64,000 nucleotides of DNA from Fonticula alba ATCC 38817 (lineage: Eukaryota > Protista > Nucleariida): NCBI GenBank assembly GCA_000388065.2, contig KB932203.1; one strand, 5' to 3'. Each line of letters opens with the position of its first letter. The first letter of the stretch is position 1. The notes beneath the pieces are model-generated. The model did not search any database. It was not told the origin of the DNA and saw only the letters and a program-made list of their open reading frames with translations. Positions 22,839 through 36,604 of the stretch are shown here, one piece after another. The position numbers and the translations under genes are program-made.

Positions 22839-25800
22839 NNNNNNNNNNNNNNNNNNNNNNNNNNNNNNNNNNNNNNNNNNNNNNNNNNNNNNNNNNNNNN
22901 NNNNNNNNNNNNNNNNNNNNNNNNNNNNNNNNNNNNNNNNNNNNNNNNNNNNNNNNNNNNNNNNNNNNNNNNNNNNNNNNNNNNNNNNNNNNNNNNNNNN
23001 NNNNNNNNNNNNNNNNNNNNNNNNNNNNNNNNNNNNNNNNNNNNNNNNNNNNNNNNNNNNNNNNNNNNNNNNNNNNNNNNNNNNNNNNNNNNNNNNNNNN
23101 NNNNNNNNNNNNNNNNNNNNNNNNNNNNNNNNNNNNNNNNNNNNNNNNNNNNNNNNNNNNNNNNNNNNNNNNNNNNNNNNNNNNNNNNNNNNNNNNNNNN
23201 NNNNNNNNNNNNNNNNNNNNNNNNNNNNNNNNNNNNNNNNNNNNNNNNNNNNNNNNNNNNNNNNNNNNNNNNNNNNNNNNNNNNNNNNNNNNNNNNNNNN
23301 NNNNNNNNNNNNNNNNNNNNNNNNNNNNNNNNNNNNNNNNNNNNNNNNNNNNNNNNNNNNNNNNNNNNNNNNNNNNNNNNNNNNNNNNNNNNNNNNNNNN
23401 NNNNNNNNNNNNNNNNNNNNNNNNNNNNNNNNNNNNNNNNNNNNNNNNNNNNNNNNNNNNNNNNNNNNNNNNNNNNNNNNNNNNNNNNNNNNNNNNNNNN
23501 NNNNNNNNNNNNNNNNNNNNNNNNNNNNNNNNNNNNNNNNNNNNNNNNNNNNNNNNNNNNNNNNNNNNNNNNNNNNNNNNNNNNNNNNNNNNNNNNNGAG
23601 CGAACGAGCAAAAGACAGGCAGGGAGATGGGGGGGGGGAGGGGAGGGGGAGGGGAGCCGCACCACAACGATGGGGAGTTGGGTCGAACTATTGGTGAGGG
23701 CAAGTGGATGGAGGGGAATGTGTCTGGCATCACTTGAGGCTATCTTCCGCCGCGGATGCCCGAGCCAGGCTTGCGTGTCCGAGGGACGGAGCCCCCTGCC
23801 TCGGGCGCCTGGAGCAAAGTCGAATGTGCTCTGGCCTGAGGTTGGAAAAGGGAGCTGATGGCCGGTAGGCCGGCTGGCATCCGGGAACTTTTTCGCCCCT
23901 GGTGCCCCGGCTGCGCCCCCTCTCTCTCCTCCGTCCCGCTCGTTGGTGCACCCGGTCAGGACCCATCCCCGTGTGAGCCCGCGCCCCCCGGGGAGCAGAG
24001 ACGCTCTAGGCATGCTGGCATGCTTTTCTCATTTCCCGGCCCCNNNNNNNNNNNNNNNNNNNNNNNNNNNNNNNNNNNNNNNNNNNNNNNNNNNNNNNNN
24101 NNNNNNNNNNNNNNNNNNNNNNNNNNNNNNNNNNNNNNNNNNNNNNNNNNNNNNNNNNNNNNNNNNNNNNNNNNNNNNNNNNNNNNNNNNNNNNNNNNNN
24201 NNNNNNNNNNNNNNNNNNNNNNNNNNNNNNNNNNNNNNNNNNNNNNNNNNNNNNNNNNNNNNNNNNNNNNNNNNNNNNNNNNNNNNNNNNNNNNNNNNNN
24301 NNNNNNNNNNNNNNNNNNNNNNNNNNNNNNNNNNNNNNNNNNNNNNNNNNNNNNNNNNNNNNNNNNNNNNNNNNNNNNNNNNNNNNNNNNNNNNNNNNNN
24401 NNNNNNNNNNNNNNNNNNNNNNNNNNNNNNNNNNNNNNNNNNNNNNNNNNNNNNNNNNNNNNNNNNNNNNNNNNNNNNNNNNNNNNNNNNNNNNCTGCTG
24501 CCCCCAGTCTTTCTCGCCCTCTCTCGCTCTCTCCCGCTCGCTTTTCCGCGCTCTCTCCCTCCCTCTCTCTCTTTCTCTTGCCCTCCCTGCCTCGTCCCCC
24601 CTTTCGGCAAACTGATCACCAGAGGAGTTGTCGGGCGGAAGCCGGCCCCTGCTGTCGAGGAGCCGAGGCAACAGCGCCCGTACTCCAACCCCCTTTGCTT
24701 GGGTCCCCCCGCCCCCGGAAGGGGGGAGCGCCGATATATTTGGCTTGGGGGGATCCACAGTCGAGCATATCTCTATGTGTTGAGCTCTTCTTGTGTGCGG
24801 GGAGGTGTGTATTTGGGATAATAAATAATGATCCTAATTATGTGGGATCGGTGTCTCGATGCCAGGCAAAGAGCACAGGGTACACGGAGGCGCAGACAAA
24901 GTGCGTCTCGGCGTCTTCTGGACCCTTGTCCGTTTGAATAGGGGCTCCTCACCCACTCGGGGGCTGGAGAGGCTTCCTCTCGTTGCGTAGACTGGCTCCG
25001 GCCCCCTTCCGCTCCCCCCCCCCCCCCCCGCCGGAGAAGGCCAGTACTTGTGTAAACAGGGCGCACAGAACCCGCCCAAATGTGCCTCCTTTCAAACCAG
25101 CGGCCAGGCCTGGAACGAGGACGGGACACGGAGAAAGGGGGGGGGGGGGCAGGACAGGGGTGCAGCACAAGGCCACCCCTCTCCCCACCGCCCCTCTTCG
25201 CCCCTTCGAGTGAGAGGGAGAGACACCCAAGCGAGCATTCCAGCTGCCTTTTCGTTCAGGGGGTTATAGCTAGGGTCTAATGCATTCGGTAGGGTCGAGC
25301 GTATTTTCACCATCCGCGCGTGAGCGCGACCGGGGAATGTCCAAACTTCGACCCGTGTCTCGTCCTGGGCGCAGCAAACCGATGAGGCTATTGGAGGGGA
25401 TCGAATAGTCTACAATGACATTCCATCCCACATGACCACTTACTTCCACCAACACAGCCGATCACGCCGAAACTCCCGCGCTTTCTAATGGGTCCGATTG
25501 TGCAACCGCGCCTTGTGGTCCCTCCGCTGCGGAGGGTAGGCCGTTCGAATTGTGCCCGCGCGTTGGAGGGGGCGACACACACCGCAGGGGTCGAGAGAAA
25601 CTCGCTAGCTGGAGGCGTCGCGTCCCTGCCGAGGTCGGCCCTTGTGTGGCTGGGCCCGACCCTGCGCCCTCCTTGTTGGGAAGTCGGTGCGAGCTCTATT
25701 CGGTTCCCGGCGCATGTGTTCTCCAGCCCCCTCTCCGAGCACCCACCTTTTCGCATGGGGGAGGTGGCTTCGAGGGGCTCTTTTTTGGTCAGAGAGCCTG

Positions 25801-26448
25801 GCAACTTTAGCCCGAGGAGCGGCAGGTAGGCGGAGGCCCCCNNNNNNNNNNNNNNNNNNNNNNNNNNNNNNNNNNNNNNNNNNNNNNNNNNNNNNNNNNN
25901 NNNNNNNNNNNNNNNNNNNNNNNNNNNNNNNNNNNNNNNNNNNNNNNNNNNNNNNNNNNNNNNNNNNNNNNNNNNNNNNNNNNNNNNNNNNNNNNNNNNN
26001 NNNNNNNNNNNNNNNNNNNNNNNNNNNNNNNNNNNNNNNNNNNNNNNNNNNNNNNNNNNNNNNNNNNNNNNNNNNNNNNNNNNNNNNNNNNNNNNNNNNN
26101 NNNNNNNNNNNNNNNNNNNNNNNNNNNNNNNNNNNNNNNNNNNNNNNNNNNNNNNNNNNNNNNNNNNNNNNNNNNNNNNNNNNNNNNNNNNNNNNNNNNN
26201 NNNNNNNNNNNNNNNNNNNNNNNNNNNNNNNNNNNNNNNNNNNNNNNNNNNNNNNNNNNNNNNNNNNNNNNNNNNNNNNNNNNNNNNNNNNNNNNNNNNN
26301 NNNNNNNNNNNNNNNNNNNNNNNNNNNNNNNNNNNNNNNNNNNNNNNNNNNNNNNNNNNNNNNNNNNNNNNNNNNNNNNNNNNNNNNNNNNNNNNNNNNN
26401 NCCCCCCCCCCCCCGCTGACACTTGCCCCATGCGTTCACCTGGCCCAG

Positions 26449-27662
26449 CTGTCAGCACGCACATCGTCCTTCACGAAGACAAGCAGTACTACCCCTCGGC
26501 CCAGTCAGTCTATGGGCCCGGTGTGGAGATCGTCGTTCAGGAGGAGGACACCCAGATGTTGTCCGAGCCGATCGTCAAGCCGGCTGCCGGGGACACGGCC
26601 GCCCCCCGCGCGGGCGCTTCCAGCCTGGTGGATGATGCCGGCCTGCCGGAGACGCACTTCAACAAGCACTTCTTGGTAGACATGCTGTCCATGCCGGACA
26701 TGATTCGCAATGTGGCCGTTGTCGGCCATTTGCATCACGGCAAGACTACTCTGGTGGATATGCTGGTCGCACAGACGCATGACATCGATCTGGATCTGCG
26801 CAGCACGGTATGTTCGCCGGTCTCCATCCGCCCTCCTCTCCCCTCGCTGCGCCGCCTTCCCCATCTGGACTCTTTGTCCCCCTTTTTTTTACCTACCGGA
26901 CACCCATGCACTGGGTATATGTGCTGACCTGCAAAACATCCCCGCCATGCGCCAGACTCGATACACCGACACGCACCCGATTGAGCGCGCGCGCGAGCTT
27001 TCCATCAAGGCGTCGCCGATGTCACTGGTTCTGCCCGATCTCCGAGGCAAGTCCTATGCCATCAATGTCCTGGACACTCCGGGCCACGTGAACTTCTACG
27101 ACGAGACGGCCGCCGCCATCCAGGTGAGCGACGGCGCGCTGCTGGTCATCGACGCGGTGGAGGGTGTCATGCTGGGCACCGAGAAGATCATTCGTGAGCT
27201 GGTCCAGCAGCGGATCACCATCACGGTGATGATCTCCAAAATTGATCGACTGATCACCGAGCTTCGCCTCCCGCCCAAGGATGCCTACGTCAAGTTTGCC
27301 CACATCCTGACCCAGGTGAACCAGCTCATCTCGTGCGTGAGGCGTTCCGGCCCTCTCCCCAGCCAAAGCCCCCCTCCTGGCCCCGCCCTCCCTGCCCTCC
27401 TCGTCCCTCCCCCCCCCCCCCCATCCAGACCCCATCCAGCAATGCATACTTCTGGCACTGACACCTCTGAGTGCGCCCCCTCTGCGCCCCCCCCCCCCTG
27501 ACTGCTGAATCATCCAACAAAAACAGGCACTACTCTGGCGGGGATGACTCTCTGCGTGTGTCTCCGGAGCTGGGCAACGTCTGCTTTTCCAGTGGCACCC
27601 TGGGCTTTTCCTTCACCCTCGAGTCCTTTGCCACTGTGTACTCGGATTTGCATGGTGCGTGG

Positions 27663-27696
<34 letters not shown>

Positions 27697-30598
27697 GTCC
27701 CTCCTTCTCCAATCTTTTTGATGTCTGTGCTTGTGCCTCGGTGTGTATTTATGTCATGGTTGCCCACTCACTGGCTTCTCTCTCTCTCTCTCTCTCTCTC
27801 TCTACCTCTCCTCTGCCTACTACACCAGGTGGTTCCATCGATGCTGCCGCTTTCGCCAAGCGTCTGTGGGGCAATGTCTACTATGACTCGGCGACGCGGC
27901 GCTTTTCCCCGAAGCCGGCCCGCTTCGACATGCCGCGCACCTTTGTGCAATTCATCCTCGAGCCGCTGTATAAGATCGTGACCCAGGTGGTGGCCGAGGA
28001 TACTGCCTCTTTGCGCCAGACACTGAATGAGATCGGTGTTTCCATCAAGCCGGCGCACTACCGGATGGATGTCGGGCCGCTTCTGCGACTGATTATGTCC
28101 CTCTTCCTGGGCGATGTGTCCGGGATCGTCTCGATGCTGGTCCGACATGTGCCCTCACCAGTGCGGGGCGGCCCAGCCAAGTCGGCGGTTCTCTTCACCG
28201 GCTCCCAGGACTCCCCGGTTGCTGAGGCTATGGCGCAGTGTGACCCTGCGGGCATGCTTGTCATGCAGGTGGTCAAGGTGCGCCTTTCTCCTCTCGGTCG
28301 ACCCCACCACCTATTTGTCTCTCCTCTCTTATTGCCCCCCCCCCCTCCCCCCCCCCGGTTACCCATCACCCAACAACTCACACATCCACACCCACACACC
28401 CGCACGACGTTAGCTCTATCCCAATGCCGACGCCTCTTCCTTCGATGCGTTCGCACGAGTTCTCAGTGGCACGGTGCGTGTCGGACAGAATGTCCGCGTG
28501 CTGGGCGAGCAGTACTCTCCGGATTACACCGAGGACGCAGTGGTCACCCCGGTGACCGGTCTCTGGGTCTACGAGTCGCGCTATCGGATCCCGGTGGGCC
28601 AGGCCTCGGCCGGCGCGTGGATTCTGCTTGGTGGTGTGGACGCCTCCATCACGAAGACCGCCACCATTGTGGATGGGTCGCGGCGTTTCCTGGCTTCGCT
28701 GCAGGAGGACGACTTGCACATCTGCCGGCCACTGCGTCACTTCAACCATTCGATCGTGAAGGTGCGCCTTTTCTGTGCCCCTCCCACTCATCGCTCATTG
28801 GTCCTTGCATCTCCCCGATCCGATTGGGTTCTCACTGATTCGCTCACTCACACGTTCTCTCTCTCTCTCTCTCTCTCTCACTCTCACACACACATACACA
28901 CCTTCCTTCCCTCCTCTTCCTCGCTGCTCCTTCTCCTCCCCCCCCCTCTCTCTCTCTCTCTCTCGTATGTCCTGATAATCATAGGTCGCGATTGAGCCGC
29001 TGCATCCGGCCGAGCTGCCCAAGATGTTGGATGGTCTGCGCAAGATCAGCAAGACATACCCTCTGTCTTTCACTCGGGTGGAGGAGTCCGGCGAGCACAC
29101 CCTCTTCGGCACCGGGGAGCTGTACCTGGACTGCATCATGCATGATCTGCGTCAGATGTTTGCAGCCATCGAGATCAAGGTGTCAGACCCGCTGGTCACC
29201 TTCAACGAGACTGTCATCAATGTGTCGGCCATCCGGTGCACGACCGAGTCGCTGAATAAGAAGTGCGCCTGTCTTCCTCTTCGCCTCTTTTTTTTCCCTT
29301 TGCTTCCGCTTCATTTGTGCTTCTATTCCCCCGTTTGTCCTCCCCAACATCACCTAACGCACCACACCATCCTGTCGTCATGGTACGCCACACACACACA
29401 CGCGCACGTACACACAGGAACAAGCTTACGGTCATTGCCGAGCCTCTGGATGAGGGCCTGGCGGCGGACATCGAGGAGGGCCGCCTGTCGTCCAAGTGGT
29501 CTTCCGACGATGTGAGCAAGTTCCTGCAGGACAAGTACCACTGGGATGTCCTGGCGGCTGGCAATGTTTGGGCCTTCGGGCCAGAGAATGTTGGGCCCAA
29601 CCTCTTCATCAATGATACCCTGCCCTCGGAGGTGGACGCGAATCGGCTGTTGTCTGCGCGGGATCACATTGTCCAGGGGTTCCAGTGGGGTGCCAAGGAG
29701 GGCCCTCTGTGCGATGAGCGTGCGTACCTGTCTTTCGGTGCCCCCATACTCTCTCTCTCTCTCTCTCTCTGTTTTTCTTTCCCTCCTCCTCCGCCTCTCT
29801 CCCTTTCCTAATGTCATCTACTCTTTCTGCTCCCACTGTGCTACGCCCTCCTTCGGCTGGCCGTACATCCAACAGCCATGCGCAACACCAAGTTCCGTCT
29901 GCAGGACGCCATCCTGGCCGACGACCCCATTTCCCGGAATGCTGGTCAGATCATCCCGGCCTCGCGGCGGGTGTGCTATGCGGCCTTCTTGACCGCCACC
30001 CCCCGGCTGATGGAGCCAGTGTACCTGGTGGAGATTGTTGTTCCCTTCGCGGCTCGGTCGGCCATCTATGGTCTGCTGGGTGAGCGCCGGTGCGTCCCCC
30101 TCCCCCCCCCTACCCCCCCCGCCTCCTCGCCCTCCTCTTGCCTCCTGCCCATCCTCCCTGGATCATCCCCCCTCCCATGTTGCACCACTGGGCACCGTCG
30201 AATGTCTTCGCCTAATGCCTCCTCTCCTCTACCCCCCTATCTCTCCCTCCCTTGGTAGTGGTCATATCATCTCCGAGCTCCCTCTGCCCGGGTCAACCCA
30301 GTACCTCCTGAAGGCGCACATCCCGGTGATGGATTCCTTCGGCTTCGAAACCGATCTGCGTGTCAACACCCAGGGTGCGGCCTTCTGCCTTCAGCTGTTT
30401 GATCACTGGCGTGTGGTCCCGGGGAATCCCCTTGATGAGACTCAGAATGTTCTGCCGCTTGAGGTGGCCACCGCCACGCAGCTGGCCCGGGACTTCATGA
30501 TCAAGACTCGTCGCCGGAAAGGTCTCAGTGAGGATGCCTCCATCGGCAAGTACTTCGATGACCCGGAGACCTTGCAGATTGTCAAGGAGTTCTTGTAA
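26449..30598 (+). CDS. EFTUD2: U5 snRNP 116 kDa GTPase (Snu114/EFTUD2); first exon(s) lost in the upstream gap
   Basis: [128 protein letters not shown]; stop at 30598. Confidence 0.97.
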
Positions 30599-32513
30599 GC
30601 CTTGTCGAGATCCAGGTATTCTTGTCCATGGGGACCAGTGTGCTCGCTCGACTCCCTCGCGCCCATGTGTGTCTGGCTGCTTGTAGGTTCTCTGTCCTTG
30701 CGGGAGTGTGTGTCTGTGTGTGTCTGTGCCTGTGTGTGTCCAGATGTCTGTACATTCTCCCATGCGCTGGGAGCAGTCATTCTTCGATGCCTCCCTCTTT
30801 CTCTCACTCGCCCGCTCGATTGCTCTCGAGTCCCCCTTCTTTCTTCCTGTCCTCTGGGGGGTGGCCCACCCACTGAGGGAGAGTAGTGCCGGGAGAGGCG
30901 AGCCGGCAAAGAGCACCGTGCAGGCAGGCAGGAAGGCACGCGCCGAGCCATGCTCCAATGGAAAAAATAACAACACACGAGCAACATTTCCCCCTTCCAC
31001 TGTGCATGTAAATTGGCACTCCAAGGCCGCGTCTAGCGAAAAACTCCCGCCACCGCGGCGCATCGCGGTCGCCCGAGTGCCAACGTATTTTATGTCATCT
31101 GGGTTGGGGGTGGTTTGTCCTGCCGGGTGCCGGGGGCCAGCTCTGATCGCAGGCGGCGCTTGATAAAGGGGAGTCAACCTCCTGGGGCGGGACACCTGAC
31201 TGTTCATTCCAATCGGTCTCCGCTGGTTGTGACCCGGCCAGGAGTTCTGGGGGGGGGGGCAGTGTCGAGGGGCCCCCCTGTTGGCCTGCCACTTTGGTGA
31301 CACCGTTGTGTTTATCCGCCCCGCCCCAAGCGCCCCATTCCTAGCTGTTGCCGGGACCGCCTGTGCACCCCCACCCGCTGGGTCCCCTGCGGAGAGGGGT
31401 GTTTGTCCCTGACAGGGCTAGGTGTGCGGTCATCCCGGAGCTAGGATCCAAGTGGACGCATCCCCCCCCCCCCCCCCCGGCAGGGCACGACGGGGGGGAC
31501 TAAATGCCACACCTTTTGCCCAAAAAAATGTCGCGCGGGGGCAATATCCCGGAAGGGCCCCTGGGCGCCCTCCGCCGCGGACTGCGTGCCCACTTTTGCT
31601 GAATGAGGGGTAGCTCAGCGCCGAGAAGAGGGCAGGGGGACAAGTTAGTGAATGCCGCGGGAGGGCGGGGAAGATTTGTTTTCCGTCCTGGCGCCTGATA
31701 TTTCTCACGCTTCACGCGCGGTATTGTTTTTTGCCGGTTATCCTGTGCCGGGGGAGGGGGTGTGTGTGGCTAAAAGAGCCGGGCTTGCGGCCGATCTTGC
31801 ATCGGGGGGGGGGGGGGGGGGGAGTGAGGCGTGCGCATGCTGGCGCGCCTCAACAAGCACCTTGCGTTAATTCAAGGCTCTCGCTGCTGCCGTGCAGGGA
31901 GGACGCATGGCGGAGGTGGCCTCACCGGCCAGCTTCCGTCTCTTGGGCTCTCTAGCATATCCCCAGCCCCCTCCCTACCCTTCTCTCCCTGGCTCTGCCT
32001 CTCTTTCCCCATTCCTTCCGGCTTCGTGATAGGAGAGGTCTGTGAGGGAGGGAGTGTATGGACAGAGCGCGTGCAGGGCTCTCACTTGCCAGGCCCATTT
32101 TCAGACAGCGTTTCTCCGGGGCTGGGCTCCCCTAGGGAATGTGCCCCCCCCCCCCCCCTGGGATCACTTTGCCTGGCGGCTGTCTCTCCCCCAGCCAGGA
32201 CTCAGGCCCACTGTCCAACCGAGTCGGGCTCCCGATGTTCCGCCACTGGGCTGGGATCAGTGCGATCTCGGCTTGGCCTCCGGCCGCGAGTAGCCCCGTG
32301 GGTCGGTCGATATTTCGGAGTCCCTCTCTTCGCCTCCTGAGCCGGCAAATCCAACCACTCCACATCTCTTTCCTCTCTCTCTCTCTCTCTCCCTCTCTCT
32401 CTCTCCCCCTCCCACTACATCCTCCTTATTTCGTTGGTCATTTTATCCCCTCCTCCTCCCCTCCTCCTCCTCGCCCTCCGCCCGATCCCTCCATTCGCAA
32501 CCCCCTTTGAAGG

Positions 32514-33227
32514 ATGGACTACACCGTTGAAAGGTCGGCCTACGATGAGGGGATAGACCCACCCAAAACTCCACGGAAGGTCTGGTGTTTCGGGTGCCTG
32601 TCGGCCCTGTTCCTGGTGCTGGCCCTGATGTCCAGTCTAGCCTACGTTTTGACAAACTTCCTGATCTCCTACTCGCTGATGGACGAGCTGGTCGTCTCGA
32701 GTCAGGTGCGTGGGCGGCTTGATGGAGCCAAGCCCTTTCTCTGGCGATGTATGCCAATGCCCACTACCCCGGAGGCTTTCTCTCAATGCCTCTTTCTCCT
32801 TTTCTCCCTCTCTTTCGCTCATGCCTCTGTGTTTCCCTCTCCGGCTCAGAATTCCACGCGCTACCTCGACTGGGCATGCAAGTTTGCCTACGGTAGCTGG
32901 GGTGGCTGCGAGAAGCCCCACTTCGCTGTTCCCTTCTACGAGTCCTACTACATGTACAACTTGACCAACGTGCGCGCGCAGTTCACTCCCCGCGATCCGA
33001 GTCGAGCCCCATCGACCTAACTCGCCAGCACCCCGCCTCTCAATAGTATGATGATACCCTCGCCGGGTCGCCCCCAGAGTTTTCCCTTCACGGGCCGTAC
33101 ACATATCGTGTGAACATCACCAAGTTCGACATCAGCTTCGCAGCCAATGGGAGCTCCGTCGACTATCGTGAGGCCCAGTGCGTGTCCATCGCCAATATGA
33201 GCTGCCTTATGTGTCATGTCACTCACA

Positions 33228-33267
<40 letters not shown>

Positions 33268-36198
33268 CTCGATGTCATATCTGTCTTTCTCCAGCATGTA
33301 TCTGTGGGACCAGGAAAAGTCATGCACTGGCTGCGCGCCGGAGGATGAGTTCCTTGCCATCAATGCTGGCTACCTGGGAGCACTTAACACCACGGGCTCC
33401 GAGGCCGTTCTGCTCTTGGGCTTGAGTGCGTTCTCCGGGTGTACCCTCGCGAGACACCAGCCGATGCTCATGTGCTCCCCTTCTTCGCCTTTGTATTTCC
33501 ATGGGCATCGTACTAATGAGCCTCCTCTCATCATTCCCTTCGCTGGCGGTGTCCAGCGGGCCCGACCATCAACAGGATGGTCGAGGACATTGAGAGGACT
33601 TATGTGGCCGATCAGATCAACACCCGCGGCTACTCCGAGGTGATGGACCGCTGTCGTGTGATCGATCTGAACTGTCACACTCCCTTCCACGCCGCCCTCC
33701 TCCAGTGGGGCTACTACTCGAAGAGTCCCAATGCCATCGGTCTCTTTGGCGACTCGGTCACGTACGGGCTCCTGATGTTTCCTCATCGCTGGCATGATTG
33801 ATCGTGTGCCACCACCTTGTCATTTCTCTGACCCCCTCCTTCCCTGACTTTCTCTTTCTCCCTCCCCCCCCCCCAAGTGGCATGTATGATGAATTCCCTG
33901 ACAAGGCCGAGTACGGAGCCTTCTCCATCGACAATTCGGCCCCCGCGGCCGTGCTCCGCTTCAACCTCAAGACCATGGAGCTGATGCTCTATGGCCCGCA
34001 TGGGATTGTCACCGTGCGTTCTTGCGTGTCTTCAGACACCTCACCCTCGGAGTGTGCCTCGCGTTCCTTGAATCTGTCCTCTGACCCGGTGTGGTGTTTA
34101 ATCCTGCCTTCGCCGATCTCCTCTCTCCCTGCAGGATCCGCTCAATCTGCTGGAGATGGCGAAGGCCTTCGAGTCGAACCCGGACCTATTGCTCGAGCGC
34201 TGGGGTTTGACCAGTGTTCAGTTCACGGCCTTCCTCAAGTACTTTATGTCCATCACGCCAACCTACAACACGCGTCTTTACACCAGCGTGACCGGCCTCC
34301 GGCAGGGCGGTGGGCTCTTCTCACAGAGGAGCGTCCACCAGTGGGTGTTCGACTTTTCCGACCCCCTGCTTGAGTACCTCCAGCCGGGCGACACTCAAAC
34401 CAATGTCCGCCAGAATGACACCTCAATCTCGGTGGCTTCTTTCTACAAGGGAGTGACCCGCATTGAAACGGGCCTGTCTGATCGTCATCAGGTCCGCACT
34501 GCCCTTCTCAATGAAGACACCCCTCGGGTCTGCTCACATATGCTCATGCTTACATCTTCTTTGCCCTCTCCCTCCTCCTTGTCTGTGCCTTCCTCTCTTC
34601 GCGCTCGCTCGCTCCTTCTCGGGATGCCTCTCCTGGATATTCCCCTCGGACACAATGTTTGTGCCTGGTTTTCCAGATTGCCAATGTGGTCTTCTGGAAT
34701 GGCACGTCGTCGGTGGACTTCTGGCAGGAGCCGATCCAGGTCAACGGCAACAATCAGGATGTGCGTCTTCTGGTGGCCTCTCCTCCCGTCTTCCTTCCCC
34801 AACCACCGGGCTCCTCCCCGTCCCATGGTTGTCGAGCCTCCTTTTATTGATTCGATTTCACCCCACAGGGTCAGTTTTTCTGGCAGCTCCCCAATGGCCT
34901 GGGCCGGTTCCCGTCGCGTCTCCAGCCGTACCCCGTCTGGTCGCCTGATCACGCTCGGGAAATCACCCTTCTGGATACCGGCATCCGGGTGAAGGCCAGC
35001 TATAACGACATCCCTCTCGTCAGGTGCGATGTTGCTCCCTTTTCCGGGCCCGCCCTCCCCCCTTACCCAGTGACGCCTACTCTGATATCCTGGCCTCCAC
35101 GCNNNNNNNNNNNNNNNNNNNNNNNNNNNNNNNNNNNNNNNNNNNNNNNNNNNNNNNNNNNNNNNNNNNNNNNNNNNNNNNNNNNNNNNNNNNNNNNNNN
35201 NNNNNNNNNNNNNNNNNNNNNNNNNNNNNNNNNNNNNNNNNNNNNNNNNNNNGATATGCCCTGAGCAACGCCACCTACGATGTGGATCCCTTCTTCCATC
35301 AGGATGTCCTGGGATTTGTCAACGTGGGATCCTTCCATCTGGATCCTCCCTTCCGTATTCGCCATGTGTTTGGCTCGTCAGTTCCGCTATACATGTCCCA
35401 GCCCCTCATGTGGCTGGCCAACTCTACCTACGTCGAGAAGGTGAAGGGTGCGTTCAGGATTTCCACCCAATGGCCCTCTGCCTGGTTTCAGCCGGCTATC
35501 CTCCTCTTTCCTTGTCTCTCTCTCTCTCTCTCTCTCCCTCCCGCCGTCTTGCACCCCGCCACCTTTTCTCGCTTGTTTTGCTGTTCTAATGGCTGTCTGC
35601 TTGTTTCCCCCTCCCCTTCCTCCCCCCCCCCTATTTCCCCCAGTTGCCAACATGCACCCGAGCTTCGACACCTGCGCCACAATTGTCGATGTGGAGCCCC
35701 TCACTGGCAACACCATGAATGTGGCCAAGCGCCTGCAGGTGAATTACTATCTGGATGAGTCCACCGCGCGTGACCGCTTCCACATCGGGTTGCAAAAGGA
35801 CATCTTCCTGCCGACGATGTACATTGAACAAACCGCCGGCGTGACGAAAGAGCTGGCCGATGTGCGTGTCCCTCTCCTCCACCCCTGCCCTCTCGTCTCT
35901 CTATCTCGCGCTCTCTCTATTGATGGGGATTTATCTTCAAGATTGCGTTTGGCGGCTCTAACCGCGGTGCTTGCGCCTCTCCCCTCGCGGGGTCCTCCCC
36001 CCCCCCCCTCCCCCCCTGTGGATGATGTAGGATTGGTCTTCCCAAATTGGTTTGATTGATGCCCTGCGGGGTTATGTCTTCGTGATTGGCCAGTCCATTT
36101 GCTATTCTGGCTTGATTCTATTCGCCTGCCTGACGGTCTTCTACCTTCGCAGGCACAAGCACTCTCTGAGATACGGGGACTATGAGACCATCAATTAG
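32514..36198 (+). CDS. CD36/SCARB (LIMP-2/LmpB-like) scavenger-receptor class B protein, two TM helices
   Basis: N-terminal TM (VWCFGCLSALFLVLALMSSLAYVL), YYMYNLTN, family C-terminal segments PLYMSQPLM and DVEPLTGNTMNVAKRLQVNYYL, a second TM (YVFVIGQSICYSGLILFACLTVFYL), and tail RRHKHSLRYGDYETIN*. Confidence 0.8.
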
Positions 36199-36604
36199 GC
36201 GAGCGACTGGTGGTTGGGGGGAGCGTTGGGCTCGTCCCCTCCTCCGCCAGCGCCGGCGCTGGAAGAGTCTTCCATCCCCTGCCCCCCTCTCCACTGCTTT
36301 CTTGAGGATGGGGCATCATCTGACTTGCACACACCTACACAGGCAGATTGGGGCCCCAATATTTGTTCAAAATACATTCAACTCCTCCTTCCGTTACTGT
36401 TCCCCCCCCCCCTCCCCCGGAAATGTCTGCTCAGGGGGTCTGTCCTGTGGAAGAGGGAGGACAATGTACAAAGATTGAAAAGACCGAACAGCAGGACAAA
36501 GTCCAACACACAGATCTATATGAGTGGATTGGAGAGAGGGAGACAGAGGGAGAGGATGGGAGGCGAGGGAGGGAGGGAGGCAAGGGGAGAGGAGGGTGCC
36601 CAGT

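Noticed and set aside
31600-31680. GGGGTAGCTCAGCG A-box-like start suggesting a tRNA or SRP RNA
   Set aside because: No B-box/T-arm, cloverleaf or SRP helix-8 AGCAG motif follows.
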